Translations under genes and position numbers: made by a program
Assembly: GCF_009914755.1 (NCBI RefSeq)
Contig: NC_060926.1
Direction: 5' to 3' (one strand)
DNA length: 64,000 bases
Origin: the human T2T-CHM13v2.0 reference genome, Homo sapiens
The notes under the pieces: generated by a model
Told to the model about the DNA's origin: nothing
Seen by the model: the letters and a program-made list of their open reading frames with translations, nothing else
Database searches by the model: none
Shown here: one piece after another, positions 35,481-58,676 of the stretch
Layout of the letters: each line of letters opens with the position of its first letter
How positions within the stretch are numbered: the first letter of the stretch is position 1

Positions 35481-35598
35481 TGAGTAGCTGGGATTACAGG
35501 CACGCACCACCACGCCTAGCTATTTTGTGTGTGTGGGCGTGTTTTGTTTTGTTTTTGTTTTTGTTTTGAGATGGAGTCTCACTCTGTCGCCAGGCTAG

Positions 35599-35796
<198 letters not shown>

Positions 35797-37110
35797 TGAT
35801 CCGCCTGCCCCGGCCTTCCAAAGTGCTAGGATTACAGGCGTGAGCCACCGCTCCCAGCATATTTTTGTGTTTTTAATAGAGACAGGGTTTCACCATGTTG
35901 GTCAGGCTGGTCTCAAACTCCTGACCTCGTGATCCGCCCACCTCAGCCTCCCAAAGTGCTGAGATAACAGGCATGAGCCACTGCGCCCAGCCCTTAATTT
36001 ACATTTTCTAAGTACTGACAGTTTTGGTAAAGTAGTAAACTAGAAGAGCTCCTTCAGGGCAGGGGACCATGTCTTAGATATCTTTATACTTCACAACATG
36101 CTAAATACATTGTAGGTGCAGAATACATATTAAGTTGGGCTGGTTCATAGTCAAAATTTGATATTAATATATGCACTGATACTTCGAAAGCAAAAAGAGA
36201 AAAGACATAAAAATGTTTACTGAAGGCAGCAGCACAGAATAATCAGCTATCATCCAGGTTTCCATCCATCCAGGTAAGAGATACTGATGTGATTTACCAA
36301 AAAGCTTCACTGAAGTTTTCGCATTTAAAACTCACTAATTGATAGCGGGTCGTGATGCACATGCCTGTAGTTCCAGCTACTTGGAAGCTGAGGCAGGAGG
36401 ATTGCTTGAGCCTGGGAGGTGGAGGCTGCAGTAAGCTGTGATGACAGACCAAGACCCTGTCTCAGAAAAAGAAAGAGAGCTGGGTGTGATGGCTTACGCC
36501 TGTAATCCTAGTACTTTGGGAGGCCAAGGCCAGGAGATCACAACGAACCTGACCAACACAGCAAGATCCCCGTCTGCAATTTTTTTTAATGATTAAAGAA
36601 ATTATTTTTTAAAGGAAGAAATAGGAAGTATAAAATTAATTGAAGATACTGCAGAATGCTGAGTTTTAATGTGAAATTAATTATTCTAAAGATGACTTGG
36701 AAACATGATTGTAACAGAAATTTGCAGTAATGTGTACTGTCTGGAGAGGGGTAAATTAAAAGAATGAGAAGACAGCCTGGGCAACATTGTAAGAACTCGT
36801 CTCTACAAAAAAATTAAAAATTGGCTGAGTGTGGTGATGCATACCTGTAGTCCCAGCTACTCAGAGGCAAAGATTGGAGGATCACATGAGCCCAGGGAGG
36901 TTGAGACGTAAACTATAACCACACCACTGCACTCCAGCCTAGGCGACGGAGCAAGACCCTGTCTCAGAAGAAAATAGAAAGAAAATGAGAAGAACATTTA
37001 ACTCTTATTTGGACTTCCACCAAATTTTGTTCAGGACTTCTTTCATCAGCTTCTTACACAGCCATTTATAGTACTTAGCTCATTCTGCTTTATATTTTGC
37101 TTATGTGTAA

Positions 37111-37394
<284 letters not shown>

Positions 37395-37461
37395 TGATCT
37401 GCCCACCTCGGCCTCCCAAAGTGCTGGGATTACAGGCTTGAGCCACCGCGTCCGGCTATTC

Positions 37462-38635
<1,174 letters not shown>

Positions 38636-39266
38636 GGCCAGGTGCGGTGTCTTACGCCTGTAATCCCAGCACTTTGGGAGGCCGAGGCGGGCAGATCACG
38701 AGGTCAGGAGATCAAGACCGTCCTGGCTAACAAAAAATTAGCCGGGCATGGTGGCGGGTGCCTGTAGTCCCAGCTACTCAGGAGGCTGAGGCAGGAGAAT
38801 GGCGTGAACCCAGGAGGCGGAGGTTGCAGTGAGCCAAGATTGCGTCACTGCACTCCAGCCTGGCGACAGAGTGAGACTGTCAAAAAAAAAATCACTATGA
38901 AATCAAAAAGACTCATCAAAAGAACTGAAATGTTACACCCAATCTATTGTGATATACAGTACCATGTTATGTCATGAACATGTGCTGATGAATTACTAGT
39001 GCTTTAAATGGCAATGTTTCATTAACCAGGCTGTTCTGCTTTACATATCTGAAAATTAGTTACAAAGTATCTCTATCTCCTGGCCCGGTGCAGTGGCTCA
39101 GGCCTGTAATCCTAGCATTTTGGGAGGCTGAGGCGGGTGGCCCACCAGAGGTCAGGAGTTCGAGACCAGCCTGGCCAACACAGCAAAACCCTGTCTCTAC
39201 CAAAAATACAAAAATTAGATGGCCAAGGTGGCGTTCGCCTGTAATCCCAGCTACTCGGGAGACTTA

Positions 39267-39786
<520 letters not shown>

Positions 39787-40218
39787 TAATTTTTACTTCA
39801 TAAGGAGGATCAAATGAAATAAGATAGAGGAAACTGAGCCAAGCACAGTGGCTCACGCCTGTAATCCCAGCACTTTGGGAGGCCGAGGCAGGTGGATTGC
39901 TCGACTTCAGGAGTTCAAGACCAGCCTGGGCAACATGGGAAAAACCCATCTCTACTAAAAATATGAAAAATTGGGCGGACATAGTAGTGCACGATTGTAG
40001 TCCCAGCTACTCAGGGGCGGAAGCGAGAGGATCGCTTGGAAGAGTCTAGGCTGTCCTGATCACACCACTGTACTCTAGCCTGGGCAACACAGCAAGACCC
40101 TGTCTTGAAAAAAAAAAAAAAGATGAAACTGCTTTGTAAACTGAAGTTACACAAATGTAATTGAAATTCATTTTGTCTTATCTACATTACTTATCAAGCC
40201 ACTTCATTAGCTTTTTAA

Positions 40219-40536
<318 letters not shown>

Positions 40537-41049
40537 TAGCTTTTTACTTTGTTGTTTTAAAATAATTTGCAGGAAAGAAATTATTCAGAAAAATTAAGAA
40601 CTTGATCCAGCACCCACCCACACCCACCTACCCCACCCCACCCCCCAACACTCACATACAAAAATGTATTTGCAAATAAATACATAGAATTTATTGAGTG
40701 TAAATGGGCCCTCTGAGTACAATGTGTGGGGAGGGACACCCAACCACCTCTCAAGAAGACCTAGAAATATATGTTCCAGGTTAGGTAAGTCACTTTCCAG
40801 AGAAATAAGAGAAATATCTCTTTGTGGCTAATATTGGAAGGCAACCACTCTACCTGTAGCTCCCTTGTCTCTACTACCAAACAACATGCCCAAGCAATCT
40901 TACCACCCATCTCAGAAATTTTGGTATATATGGCCGGGCGCGGTGGCTCATGCCTGTAATCCCAGCACTCTGGGAGGCGGAGGTGGGCGGATCACGAGAT
41001 CAGGAGATCAAGACCATCTTGGCTAACATGGTGAAACCCATTTCTATTA

Positions 41050-41211
<162 letters not shown>

Positions 41212-41403
41212 TCAAAAAAATTAAATAAATAAATTTTGGTATATCAAGGAACATACCAAATGGGTTTTTGAAAGGCATGAATATAGTGTGTTCCTTTGAT
41301 TTTTATGATACACAAGTGATCTCAACGATAAGAATAATAAAACTGGACGCGGTGGCTCACACCTGTAATCCCATCTCTCTGGGAGGCCGAGGTGGGTGGA
41401 TCA

Positions 41404-41679
<276 letters not shown>

Positions 41680-42323
41680 TTACTGACATTTCAAATCCTT
41701 AAATTGCCAATTGTTTCTGCCACTTCTTATATGAGGCTATATTTAGATTTTTTCCTAAAACGTCCTAATTTTCAGTCTTAATTTTTTAAATGTTTTTTCT
41801 ATCTTTTTAGAGATGGGTTCTCCATACGATGTCCAGGCTGCAGTGCAATGACTATTCACAGGAGCAATCTTAGAACACTGCAACCTCCAACTCCTGGCCT
41901 CAAGATATTCTCCTGCCTCAGTTTCCCAAATAGCTGGGACTATAGGTGCATGCCACAGTGGCGGTGATTTTCAGTTTTTAAATGTGTTGATTTTATGCTT
42001 TCCTTTTCAATCCAAATTATTATCACTTAAATTAATGTTCATAAATAGGTCATGGGTTATTAAGTGATAGGCAAAATACATAACTTTGATATCTCTTAAT
42101 TTTAGGTTGCCCAAAGCCATTCCATATTAATTTAAATTGAAACCATTTCCCTTTTAAAAGACAAAGTCAGAGGCCAGGAACAGTGGTTCATGCCTCTGTA
42201 ACCCTAGCACTTTGGGAGGCCAAGGTGGGAGAATTGCTTAAGCCCAATAGTTAGAGACCAGCCTGAGCACTATAGTGAGATCCCATGTCTTTAAAAAAAA
42301 AAAAAAAAAAAAAGACAAAGTCA

Positions 42324-42476
<153 letters not shown>

Positions 42477-42479
42477 TTA

Positions 42480-42638
<159 letters not shown>

Positions 42639-43548
42639 TCAAAAAAATTTTTTTTAATGTTCTGCCATCCAATGTTAACACAAGACTGTTGTTTAAAATG
42701 TGCTCCCCTATAAGACTGAGTCCAGTGGCTCCTGCCTGTAATCCCAGCACTTTGAGAGGCCGAGGTGGGCAGGTCGCTTGAGGCCAGGAGCTCAAGACCA
42801 GCCTGGGCAACATGGCCCAGGAGTCGGAGACCAGCACGGGCCACAAAATGAGACTCCTTCTATACAAAAAATATAAAAAGTTATCTGGGCATGCTGGCAC
42901 GGTCCTGTAGTGCTAGCTACTCGGGAGGCTGAGGTGGGAGGGTCACTTGAGCCCTGGGAGGTCAAGCCTGCAGTGAGCTGTCCTCACGCCACTGCACTCC
43001 AACCCGGGTGACAGAGTGAGACCCTGTCTCAAAAAAAAAAAAAAAAAATGCCGGGCATTGTGGCTCATGCTGTAATCCTAGCACTTTGGGAGGCCGAGGC
43101 GGGCAGATCACATGAGGTCAGGAGTCTTGAGACCAGCCTGGTCAACATGGTGAAACCCCGTCTCTACTAAAAATACAAAAATTAGCCGACCATGGTGGCA
43201 TGAGCCTGTAGTCTTTGCTACTCGGGAGGCTGAGGCAGGAGAATCGCTTGAGCCCAGGAGCCGAGATCGCACCACTGCACGCCAGCCTGGGTGACAAGGC
43301 AAGACTCTCAAAAAATAAATAAACAAATAAAAATAAAATAAAAATAAATAAATACTTGATATTTATAATATCTATAATATATCTTGATATCTATAATATC
43401 TCAATTGCCCAGATTTGATCATTACACAGTGTACGCAAGTAAAGTATCAAAATATCACATATACCCCTCAGATATGTACAATATTATATATCAGTCAACA
43501 AATGGGATGAACTAAAATGAAATTTATTATTATTATTTTTAGAGATGA

Positions 43549-44218
<670 letters not shown>

Positions 44219-44539
44219 TAGTGGAGACGGAGTTTCTCCATGTTGGTCAGGCTGGTCAGAAACTCCCGACCTCAGGTGATCCGTCCGCCTCTGCCTCCCA
44301 AAGTGCTGGGATTACAGGCGTAAGCCACCGAGCCCAGCCAAATAGGTAGAGTTTTTAATTATAAGTAACACATAAATCAATGAGAAGAATATTTATGTGA
44401 GTAATGGATCTAATTCATTGTATAATAGTATTAAAAAAATATCTGGGCCGGGCGCGGTGGCTCATGCCTGTAATCCCAGCACTTTGGGAGGCCAAGGCAG
44501 GCACATCAAGAGGTCAGGAAATCGAGACCGTCCTGGCTA

Positions 44540-46848
<2,309 letters not shown>

Positions 46849-47294
46849 GTTGGGAAGTTTAGAGTAAATATAAATTGCAGTCCCTGCCCTCATAAACTTG
46901 TATTCTAGGTCAGCTACATCAGACATATACATGTGATACATTTAAATAACAATACAAGATAGTAAGTGATTAAAGGTTAAGATGAATGACCCTAAAGTCT
47001 GAAGAAGTTCAGGCTGAGCATAGTGGCTCACACCCGTAATCTCAGCATTTTGGGAGGCTGAGGCAGGAGGATCACTTGAACTTAGGAGCTCTAGACCAGC
47101 CTCAGTAACGTCATGAGACCTCATCTCTACCAAAAAAAAAAAAAAAAAAAAAAAAGGTAGCCAGGCGTGGTGGTGAGTGCCTGTAGCCCCAGCTACTCAG
47201 GAGGCTGAGGTGACAGGATCACTTGAACCCGGGAGGTAGACGCTGCAGTGAGTTGTGATTGTGCTACTGCGCTCCAGCCTGGATGACAGAGTGA

Positions 47295-47478
<184 letters not shown>

Positions 47479-47645
47479 TAAGCAAAGCCTCAAAGGAAAA
47501 ATCCTGTATGGGAGGGCTGGGGAACATGATACAAATGGAAACATTAATGAAGAGAGTAAGTGGAGAAACGGGTATCTGACAAGACAGAGGGTCTCAGAAT
47601 AAGAGTCTTTCCCAAAACACTGCAGTTGCTAGCAACTACCTTTGA

Positions 47646-47861
<216 letters not shown>

Positions 47862-48652
47862 TAGCTGGGATTACAGGCATGCGCCACCATGCCCGGCTAA
47901 TTTTGTATTTTTAGTAGAGATGGGGTTTCTCCATGTTGGTCAGGCTGGTCTCCAACTCTCGACCTCAGGTGATCCACCCACCTCGGCCTCCCAAAGTGCT
48001 GAGATTACAGGTGTGAGCCACCTCGCCCGGCCCACTATAGATTTTCATGCGTCCTGGAGTCCACTATAAATATAGATATATAAGATTATATTTATATACC
48101 TAAATATTTTATTTAGAAGGCCGACTGAATACACCCTCTGGTAATCTAGATTGCCATTCTAGGGTATTCATTTAAAGTTTCATACTAACTGACTCTGCTG
48201 TGTTTCCTTGGCATTATAGCTAATCAAATTGAGCAGGTCAGGTAACAGTTTATACTTACACCTACTATTTCAAAACCATGAGCTCATTCACATTTTCACT
48301 GAAGTAACAAATCCTCCATAAACTAGAAAATCTCAAACTGGTGACTGGGAGTTTTGGTTTTGTTTTTTTGTTGTTTTATTTTATTTTATTTTATTTTCTA
48401 GATGGAGTCTTGCTCTGTTGCCCAGGCTGGAATGCAATGGCATGATCTCAGCTCACTGCAACCTCCACCTTTTCAGGTTCAAGCAATCCTCCTGCCTCAA
48501 TCTTCCAAGTAGCTGGGACTACAGGAATGAGCTGCCGCACCTGGCCTGGTTTGTTTGTTTTTAAATTTTGAGGCCAGGTGCAGTGGCCCATATCTGTGAT
48601 CCCAGCACTTTGGGAGACCAAGGCAGGCCGATTACTTGAGGTCAGGAGTTCA

Positions 48653-48988
<336 letters not shown>

Positions 48989-48991
48989 TCA

Positions 48992-49348
<357 letters not shown>

Positions 49349-49638
49349 CTAAAAAGAATAAAATAACAATGATTTTTGAGCCAATAACTCTTAGCCAATA
49401 GATTTCACATAAAAATTTAGAATTCTGGTTTCTCTTGAAAAATTAAAAAAATCTGACAATGTTAAGCTTCACATTCCTGAAAGGCAAAAATCAGTGGAAG
49501 CTAGCTGGGTGCTGTGGCTCACGCCTATAAACCCAGTGCTTTGGGAGGCTAGGGTAAGTGGATTGGTTGAGTCCAGGAGTTTGAGATCAGCCTGGCCAAC
49601 ACAGTCAAACCCCATCTCTACAAAACATACAAAAATTA

Positions 49639-49800
<162 letters not shown>

Positions 49801-51557
49801 TCAGCTCAGTGGGAGCTGAGTAACAGCTGTCCTGTTCAATTACAGGATGCAACTCTTTAGCTTCTCATAGTTTCCATCATTCACATCATACATGCATTTT
49901 TGCATGCCACACAACCCACACATGGAACCCATATATGTTATATGCCTGACCACTGTTGCTATTGGAAGTTTTGGCCACTGCATTAAACTATAAACTCCAT
50001 CTTATTAATCCTGACACCCCACTTATTGCCTGATATATTGTCCGTTTCTTAACATCTATTCATAGAACAAATGAATGAATAATATGTGCCACATTGTGGA
50101 CTCAATTCAGGGAGATGACTAATCATTCACAATTATGTTTTTCCTTCTTAATACAGAGATTGGATAATAATTCCCCAATTGTTACTTCTCTCATCCCTCC
50201 CCTCCAACCATATCTTTTCATTTGTTTTTCTTATTTTAGGTTTTCTGCCTTTTTCAAAATCAGCCATTTCCTCACTGGACTCTACATGTGCCATTTTTTT
50301 TTTTTTTTTTTTACTAATTTTTTTAGTTGAAAAGAGGTCCTTAATATCTGTCATTGGTCCACACTTGAAATCTAGAATCTCTCGAATTGAAGGTCTGAAG
50401 AGTTCCTTAGAAGGCAAGTAGGGCCGAAATATCCAAAAAAAACTATTTGATGGTAGGCACTGTGGTAAATAAATATGGGTTAAAGTGATAAAGTGACCGA
50501 ATGTCCTGGATTAGTTAGCACAGTACCTAGCTCCTTCTTTTTGTCCTTGTGAAACTGTCTCAGATTCCATTCAAGATTAAGTGTCCTGAAAGTTCTTACA
50601 AGCTGAAAACTGGGAGGCTCTCACACTGTAGGTGGAATGGCTAGCAGGGTTGGGATCTCATCTAGGCACATTGCAGAACCAGGGTAACACCAAGGCATTA
50701 TTTTTTTTCTTTCTTTACTTTTCTTCTTTTTTTTTAGAGACAGGGTCTCATTATGTTACCCAGGCTGGATTCCAATTCCTGAGCTCAAGTGATCCTCCTG
50801 AGTAGCTGGGACTTCAGGTGTGCACCGCTGTGTCTGAAGGCACTGTTTTTTTTTTTTTTTTTTTTTTTTTTTGACACAAATTTAGGAAGATGTTAATTCA
50901 CAACAGTCTTGAGACTGAGATATAATTCCAAGGAGCAGAAGATGTGAGTTTAGAGCACTAAAAAATGAGATTCCAGTAGAGTCAGAAATCTGAAATGGCA
51001 TTACAGATATAAGAGACAAAAACAAAATGTATTGAGCTCTGTCATGTTGCAGGCATCATGATGGAGGTTTTAGATGTACTCTTTCATTTTGTAATTTTTA
51101 TAGAGGAATTAACTAGAATAGCAACCCCAGTCCCACTAACTCTAAATCCCATATTTTTACCATACAAAAAAAGAGCAAAAGTGCAGAAAAGCACAGTCAA
51201 TATTAAGTACAACCAGATAGCAGAGACTCAGTAAATGGGAGGCCGGAGGCCCGAAACCCAACATAATGCCCATGAATGAAAGCCCATCACTTGCGCTTCA
51301 GGGGCTAACAATATACTTATTTCATAATTAAAATAGAAACAGACTATGTAAAAATATTATTCTTGAGATCCCAGATTTTTACCTTAAATTACTGAGGCAG
51401 TAAGTGTAATTAACTAATATGTGATGTTGGGCAAATAACAGACTCTTAGAGCCCCAAATTCTTTATTTTAAAAAACTGAGGCCAGATGAGGTGGCTTACA
51501 CATGTAATCCCAGCACTGGGGATGCCAAAGCAGGCAGATCACTTGAGCTTGAGCTTA

Positions 51558-51821
<264 letters not shown>

Positions 51822-51880
51822 TTAAAAAGGCACTAAAAGTTCATCTGCTTAGTTCAGAATATGGGTTCGATAAATATTAG

Positions 51881-52159
<279 letters not shown>

Positions 52160-52358
52160 TGAACTCCTGACCTCAAGTGATCCACCTGTCTCGGCCTCCC
52201 AAAGTGCTGGGATTACAGGCGTTAGCCACAGCATCCAGCCTTAAGCATGTTAATTAAGTTTTTATAATTCAGCAAAATGGTTGGAAAATGCTGTCTTAAA
52301 TGAGATGCTTAAGCTGCCGTCTGAACATGAGGTAGAAGGAAATTCTACACATAATCAT

Positions 52359-52892
52359 TGTGCTAAATTACTTGCAAAGATGGCCACAACAATTCCTCCT
52401 ATCCTCATATATATGCCCCTTTGCAATGTGACTTTGCTACTTCTCTATCAAGATGTGGAGCTTATTTTCCCATATATTGCACTAGAGTTGGCCTTCTGAC
52501 TTGCTTTGACAATGGAATGTAGTACAAATGACACTGTGCAACTTTGGATTTTAGGTTTCGAGAGAACTTACACCTTCCACTCACACTCTCTTGGAAACCA
52601 GATGCAATGTAAAGAAGTCAGGGCTATCCTGCTAGAGACATATGTCCCAGCTAATAGCCACAATCAACCTCTGAACATATGAATGAGGCTAGCTAGGCCA
52701 TACAGCCATTCGGTCAAGCCATCAGATGACTACATCCACAGGAATGATCCACAGGCAAGGCCATCAGAAGAACCATCCAGCTGAACTTACCCCAAATTGC
52801 TGAGTCACAAAGTTGTGTGTAAATAAATGTCTGCTATCTTAAGCCAGTGAGTTTTGGAGTGGTATATTACATAGCATCAGAAATCTAACACA
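52359..52892 (+). mobile_element. MLT1 (F/G-like) MaLR solo LTR
   Basis: atggccacaa...ccctttgcaatgtgactttgc ... aataaatg...ttaagccagtgagttttggagtggtatattacatagca...aacaca. Confidence 0.75.
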
Positions 52893-53298
52893 ATCATTAT
52901 GTTTGAATCATTTTTCAAATTTCTCATATTTATTAAATGAGTACCATAAGCAAGGTGTCAGGCTGGATGCAAAAAGTGAGGCAAAATGTATAAAGTGTGA
53001 CCACTGCCTTCAGTAAGTTTACAATCTATATCAAGAGGTGATGAAGTGTTTAAATAATCATCCTGCAGGGCAATATAGTATAAGAGCCACAGAGTAACAC
53101 AACCATATTGTCATAACAACTGAAAAACAAGATCATTTCTGCTGGAGGTGATAATGGAATAATTTATCAAGAATATAACAGAGCTGGACGCGGTGGCTCA
53201 CACCTGTAATCCCAGCACTTTGGGAGGCCAAGGAAGGTGGATCACAAGGTCAGGAGTTCGAGACCATCCTGGCTAACACGATGAACCCGTCTCTACTA

Positions 53299-53544
<246 letters not shown>

Positions 53545-53949
53545 CTAAGTGAATGAAAAATGACAGGAGAGTAATTGTAGTCCTGGAAAAGAGCAAAGTA
53601 GGTACAGACCAACAGTCTATATTAGCTAGAGTATAGTGAAAGTGCAGAGGAAATGTCGGAGAACCATTCTTTATTCAAAAACTATCTTCCTCATGGCCAA
53701 GCATAGTGGCTCATGCCTGTAATCCCAGCATTTTGGGAGGTCAAGGTGAGTGGATCACTTGAGCTCAGGAATTCAAGACCATCTGGGGCAACATAGTGAG
53801 ACCTCATCTCAACTAAAAAACAAAAAATTCAGACAGATGCAGTGGCTCACACCTGTAATCCCAGAACTTTGGTAGGCTGAGGCGGGCGGATCACGAGGTC
53901 AGGAGATCAAGACCCTCCTGGACAACATGGAGAAACCCCATCTCTATTA

Positions 53950-54123
<174 letters not shown>

Positions 54124-55448
54124 TTAAAAAAAAACTACCCCAGCATGGTGGTGCATGCCTGTAGTCCCAGTTACTCAGGAGGCTGAGGCAAGAGGGTGGT
54201 TTGAGCCAGGGAGGTCAAGGCTGCAGTGAGCTCTGATGGCGCCACTGTACTCCAGCTTGGGTGACAGAGTGAGACCTTGTCTCAAAAACAAAAACAAAAA
54301 CAAAAAACCAACAAATCTCCTTGTTAGTATCATGGTGAGTAAAAAATAAAATAAAAATAGAAATAAACTGAACATGGTGGCTCATGCCTGTAATCCTAGC
54401 ACTTTGGAAGGCTGAAGTGGGAGGATTGCTTGAGGGCTGGAGTTCAAAACTGGCTTGGGCAACACGGTGAGAGAGACCTTGTCTCTACAAAAGAACTTTT
54501 AAAACAAAAAATAGATAATTTAAAAAAATTAAAAAAAACAAAAAATAAAAAAATAATCAAGTATCAACTTGATTCCAGGCACTGCTTACTACTCTAGTGT
54601 TATACTGTAGATGTGGAAGCTGAGTAACTCATCCAAGATCACCGAAAGTGATGGAACACAGATCTAAATGCAACCAGTCTGACTCCAGGACCATTTAACC
54701 ATTCTACTATTGGGCCCTATCTTGGCTAAGTTAGAAAGTAAGTTACTTTCTTTAGTGGTAAAGACTGGAGGGATAACAGGGAAGATAGTTATTTAAGAAA
54801 AAAAACTGGCATCAAACTAAATATCCATCAATAGTTGAACAGTAAAATAGGTTGTGGTAAATTCATATAATGGAATACTATATAGCAGTGAAAATGTACC
54901 ACAGTTATAGAAATCAACAGGGAGGAATTTCAACACTTAATTATTAAGTAGGTAGCCAGGCATAGCGGTTTATGCCTGTAATCCCAGCACTTTGGGAGAC
55001 CAAGACAGGAGGATTACTTGAGCCCAGGGGTTCGAGATCAACCTGGGCAACAGTGAGACTCCATCTCTATTTTCTTAAAATAAAATAAATGAAATTTTAA
55101 AAATTTTGAGGAGGGAAAGCAAACAAGGGATACTTGAAATATGATTACATTTCCATAAAGTCAAAGTGAGGCAAAATCATACAAGACATTGTTTAGAAAT
55201 ACATAAATACACTGCAAACTAAAAATGAGACACTAGAATGATTAATATAAAATTCAGGATAGTGGCTTCCTCTAGAGGAAGAGACAAGACATTGAGATTA
55301 GGGAGGAGCTCACAGAGTGCTTCGAGGAGTTGGTTACATTCATTTTTCTTAAATGGAATGCTGCTTATTATTTTTCTTTAAATTGTGCATTTAAGTAACA
55401 CACTTCTTGTTTATATGATATATGTATAAATGTAATTTTTTTTTTTGA

Positions 55449-55607
<159 letters not shown>

Positions 55608-56804
55608 TAATAGAGAAAGGGTTTCTCCATGTTGGTCAGGCTGGTCTCGAACTCCCGACCTCAGGTGATCCGCCTGCCTTGGCCTCCCAAAGTGTTGGGA
55701 TTACAGGTGTGAGCCACCGTGCCAGGCCCTGAATCAGATTTAAAAGAGGGCATTTCATTAAAAAAATTTTTTTGTTGTTTGCTTTTGAGACAGAGTCTCG
55801 CTCTGTCGCCCAGGCTGCAGTGCATTGGCATGATCTTGGCTCACCGCGGCCTCAGCCTCCCAGGTTCAAGTGATTCTCCTGCCTCAGCCTCGCACTAGTT
55901 GAGATTACAGGAATGCACCACCACCACAGGAATGCACCTGTCTAACTTTTGTATTTTTAGTATAGAGGGAGTTTTGCCATGTTAGCCAGGCTGCTCTTGA
56001 ACTCCTGACCTCCGGTGATCTGCTCGCCTCGGCTCCCAAAGTTCTGGGATTACAGGCGTGAGCCACCACACCCGGCCGAAAGAGGGCATTTCAGAATGAG
56101 GGTCTAGCATAAGCACAGAGAAGGGGGAGCAATAAGAGGGAAACAGGGAGTAGGTCATTTTTGCAATAGCCTGTGACATTTATAGGGCAGTACTGGCGGG
56201 GAATAATTAAGTAAAATTGGCTGGTGCTGTGGCTCATGCCTGTAATCCCAGCACTTTGGGAGGCCGAGGCGGGCAGGTTGCTTGAGCCCAGGAATTCAAG
56301 ACCAACCTGGGAAACATAGCAAGACCCTGTCTCAACAAAAAAGTAAAAAAATTAGCTGGGGGCGCGATGGGGTGGCTCATGCCTGTAATCCCAACACTTT
56401 GGAAGGCTGAGGCAGGCGGATTGCTTGAGCCCAGGAGTTGGAGACCAGCCTGGGCAACATGGTGAAACCCTGGCTCTATAAAGAATACAAAAATTAGTCG
56501 GGCCCAGTGGCGTGTGCCTGTGATCCCAGCTACTCGGGAGGCTGAGGTGGAAGGATCACCTGAGCCAGGGAGGTGGAGGTTGCAGTGAGTCATGTTGTTT
56601 GCGCCACTGCACTCCAGCCTGGGCAATGGAGTGAAACCCTGTCCAAAAAATAAAAAAATAAAGCTGTGGCAGAATGTGGAGATTCTTGGAAGCTGGAAGC
56701 TCTCATGGGGCATTTGGAAACCTCACATTGTAAATAACGGAGTCTTTTTATCAGTTTGGCTTCCTTAGTTTTAGGAAACAAGAAATAATTATGGCTAACT
56801 CAAG

Positions 56805-56920
56805 TAAAAAGAGAAAGAGAAGAGAAAAAAGACGTGGAGATAGAGAGAGAGGGAGAGAGAGGAAAAGACGAAAGGAAGGAAGGGGGAAAGGAGAGAGGAA
56901 GAGAGAAACAGAGAAACAGA
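56805..56920 (+). repeat. GA-rich polypurine tract
   Basis: Almost exclusively A/G over ~115 nt. Confidence 0.85.
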
Positions 56921-58228
56921 CTGATTAGTGTATTGGATAGATTACATAACCAAGTGACCAGTCAGGAACCCAGCAGCTCTGGGGGAGCTCAATGTGATGC
57001 ATTGATAAACCCGCTCTTAAGAGCACTCGTTTCCAGTTACTTTCTATTCGGTGGGTCTCCAGCCAAGATTCCAGGTCCCAGGAGAATCTGACTGACCTAG
57101 TGTTTGCTTCCGCCTTTGCGGTCTGGGTTCTGTGCTTGCAGCTCATTAGAATACAGGGAGCAGAGACAAGCAGGTAGTTTCCCAAAGGAAGGGATGCTGA
57201 GTAGATTAAAAAAAAAGTGTAGATTCTTCAGTAAACTATGGGATGGTAACTATGCAAAACCTAAGATTTCCCTTATTCAAATAAATTATCTTTCATATTA
57301 GACATCTAAATATGCACTAATTTAGTTAAACCCCTGGGTTAGTTGATCTCATCACACTGAGCTAACATTTTTGTTGCTGTTGTTTGCAGTGACCTGAAGT
57401 TTCTTATCTTCACAATTGCTTTCCTCTCAAATAATTCCCAGATTTTAAATTTTTATTTTATTTTTTCTGGAGACGGAGTCTCGCTCTGTCGCCCAGGCTG
57501 GAGTGCAGTGGCGCGATCTCAGCTCACTTGCAGCCTCTGCCTCCCGAGTTCAAGCGATTCTCCGGCCTTAGCCTTCCAACCAGCTGGGACTACAGGCGCG
57601 CGCCCCCACGCCCGGCTAATTTAATTCCCAGATTGATATCCATTGCTTCTGAGATGGGCCAATTATCCTTCGGAGAAGACTTAGGTCGCCTGGCAGAAAA
57701 AGATGAAAGAAATCTAAGAAAACGACGACACTGAGAGAGGAGCCTAGCGAACCAGCAGAGCGACCCCAAGCCGCAATTCCCCCTTCCGTGGATCGATTAC
57801 GAAGGCTTCCTGGCAGGAGCTCTCCAGGGCTGCAGACGTGAGCCGAACTGCACATTGGGAACTGTAGTTGAGTGGGAAAGCCGAGAGGCGGGGGCCGCAC
57901 ACGCGTACAGGGGCCCCGGTCAACAAAGACGCGCCGTGCGCGCGCGCGCCGGAGAAAAACACGGGAAGACGTGCGCGTGCGCGGCCGCCGCTGGGAGCCA
58001 CCAGGCGGCGGAGAGGACAGCGACAGGAAGGGAGGGGCCCGAGCCACCGACTGCAGGAGGAGAAGGGGTTGTGCTCCTGGCCGAGGAAGGAGAAAGGGGC
58101 GGGGCCGGCGGGCAGCGTGCGGCAGTGCGGAGCTCCTGAGACCGGCGGGCACACGGGGGTCTGTGGCCCCCGCCGTAGCAGTGGCTGCCGCCGTCGCTTG
58201 GTTCCCGTCGGTCTGCGGGAGGCGGGTT

Positions 58229-58676
<448 letters not shown>

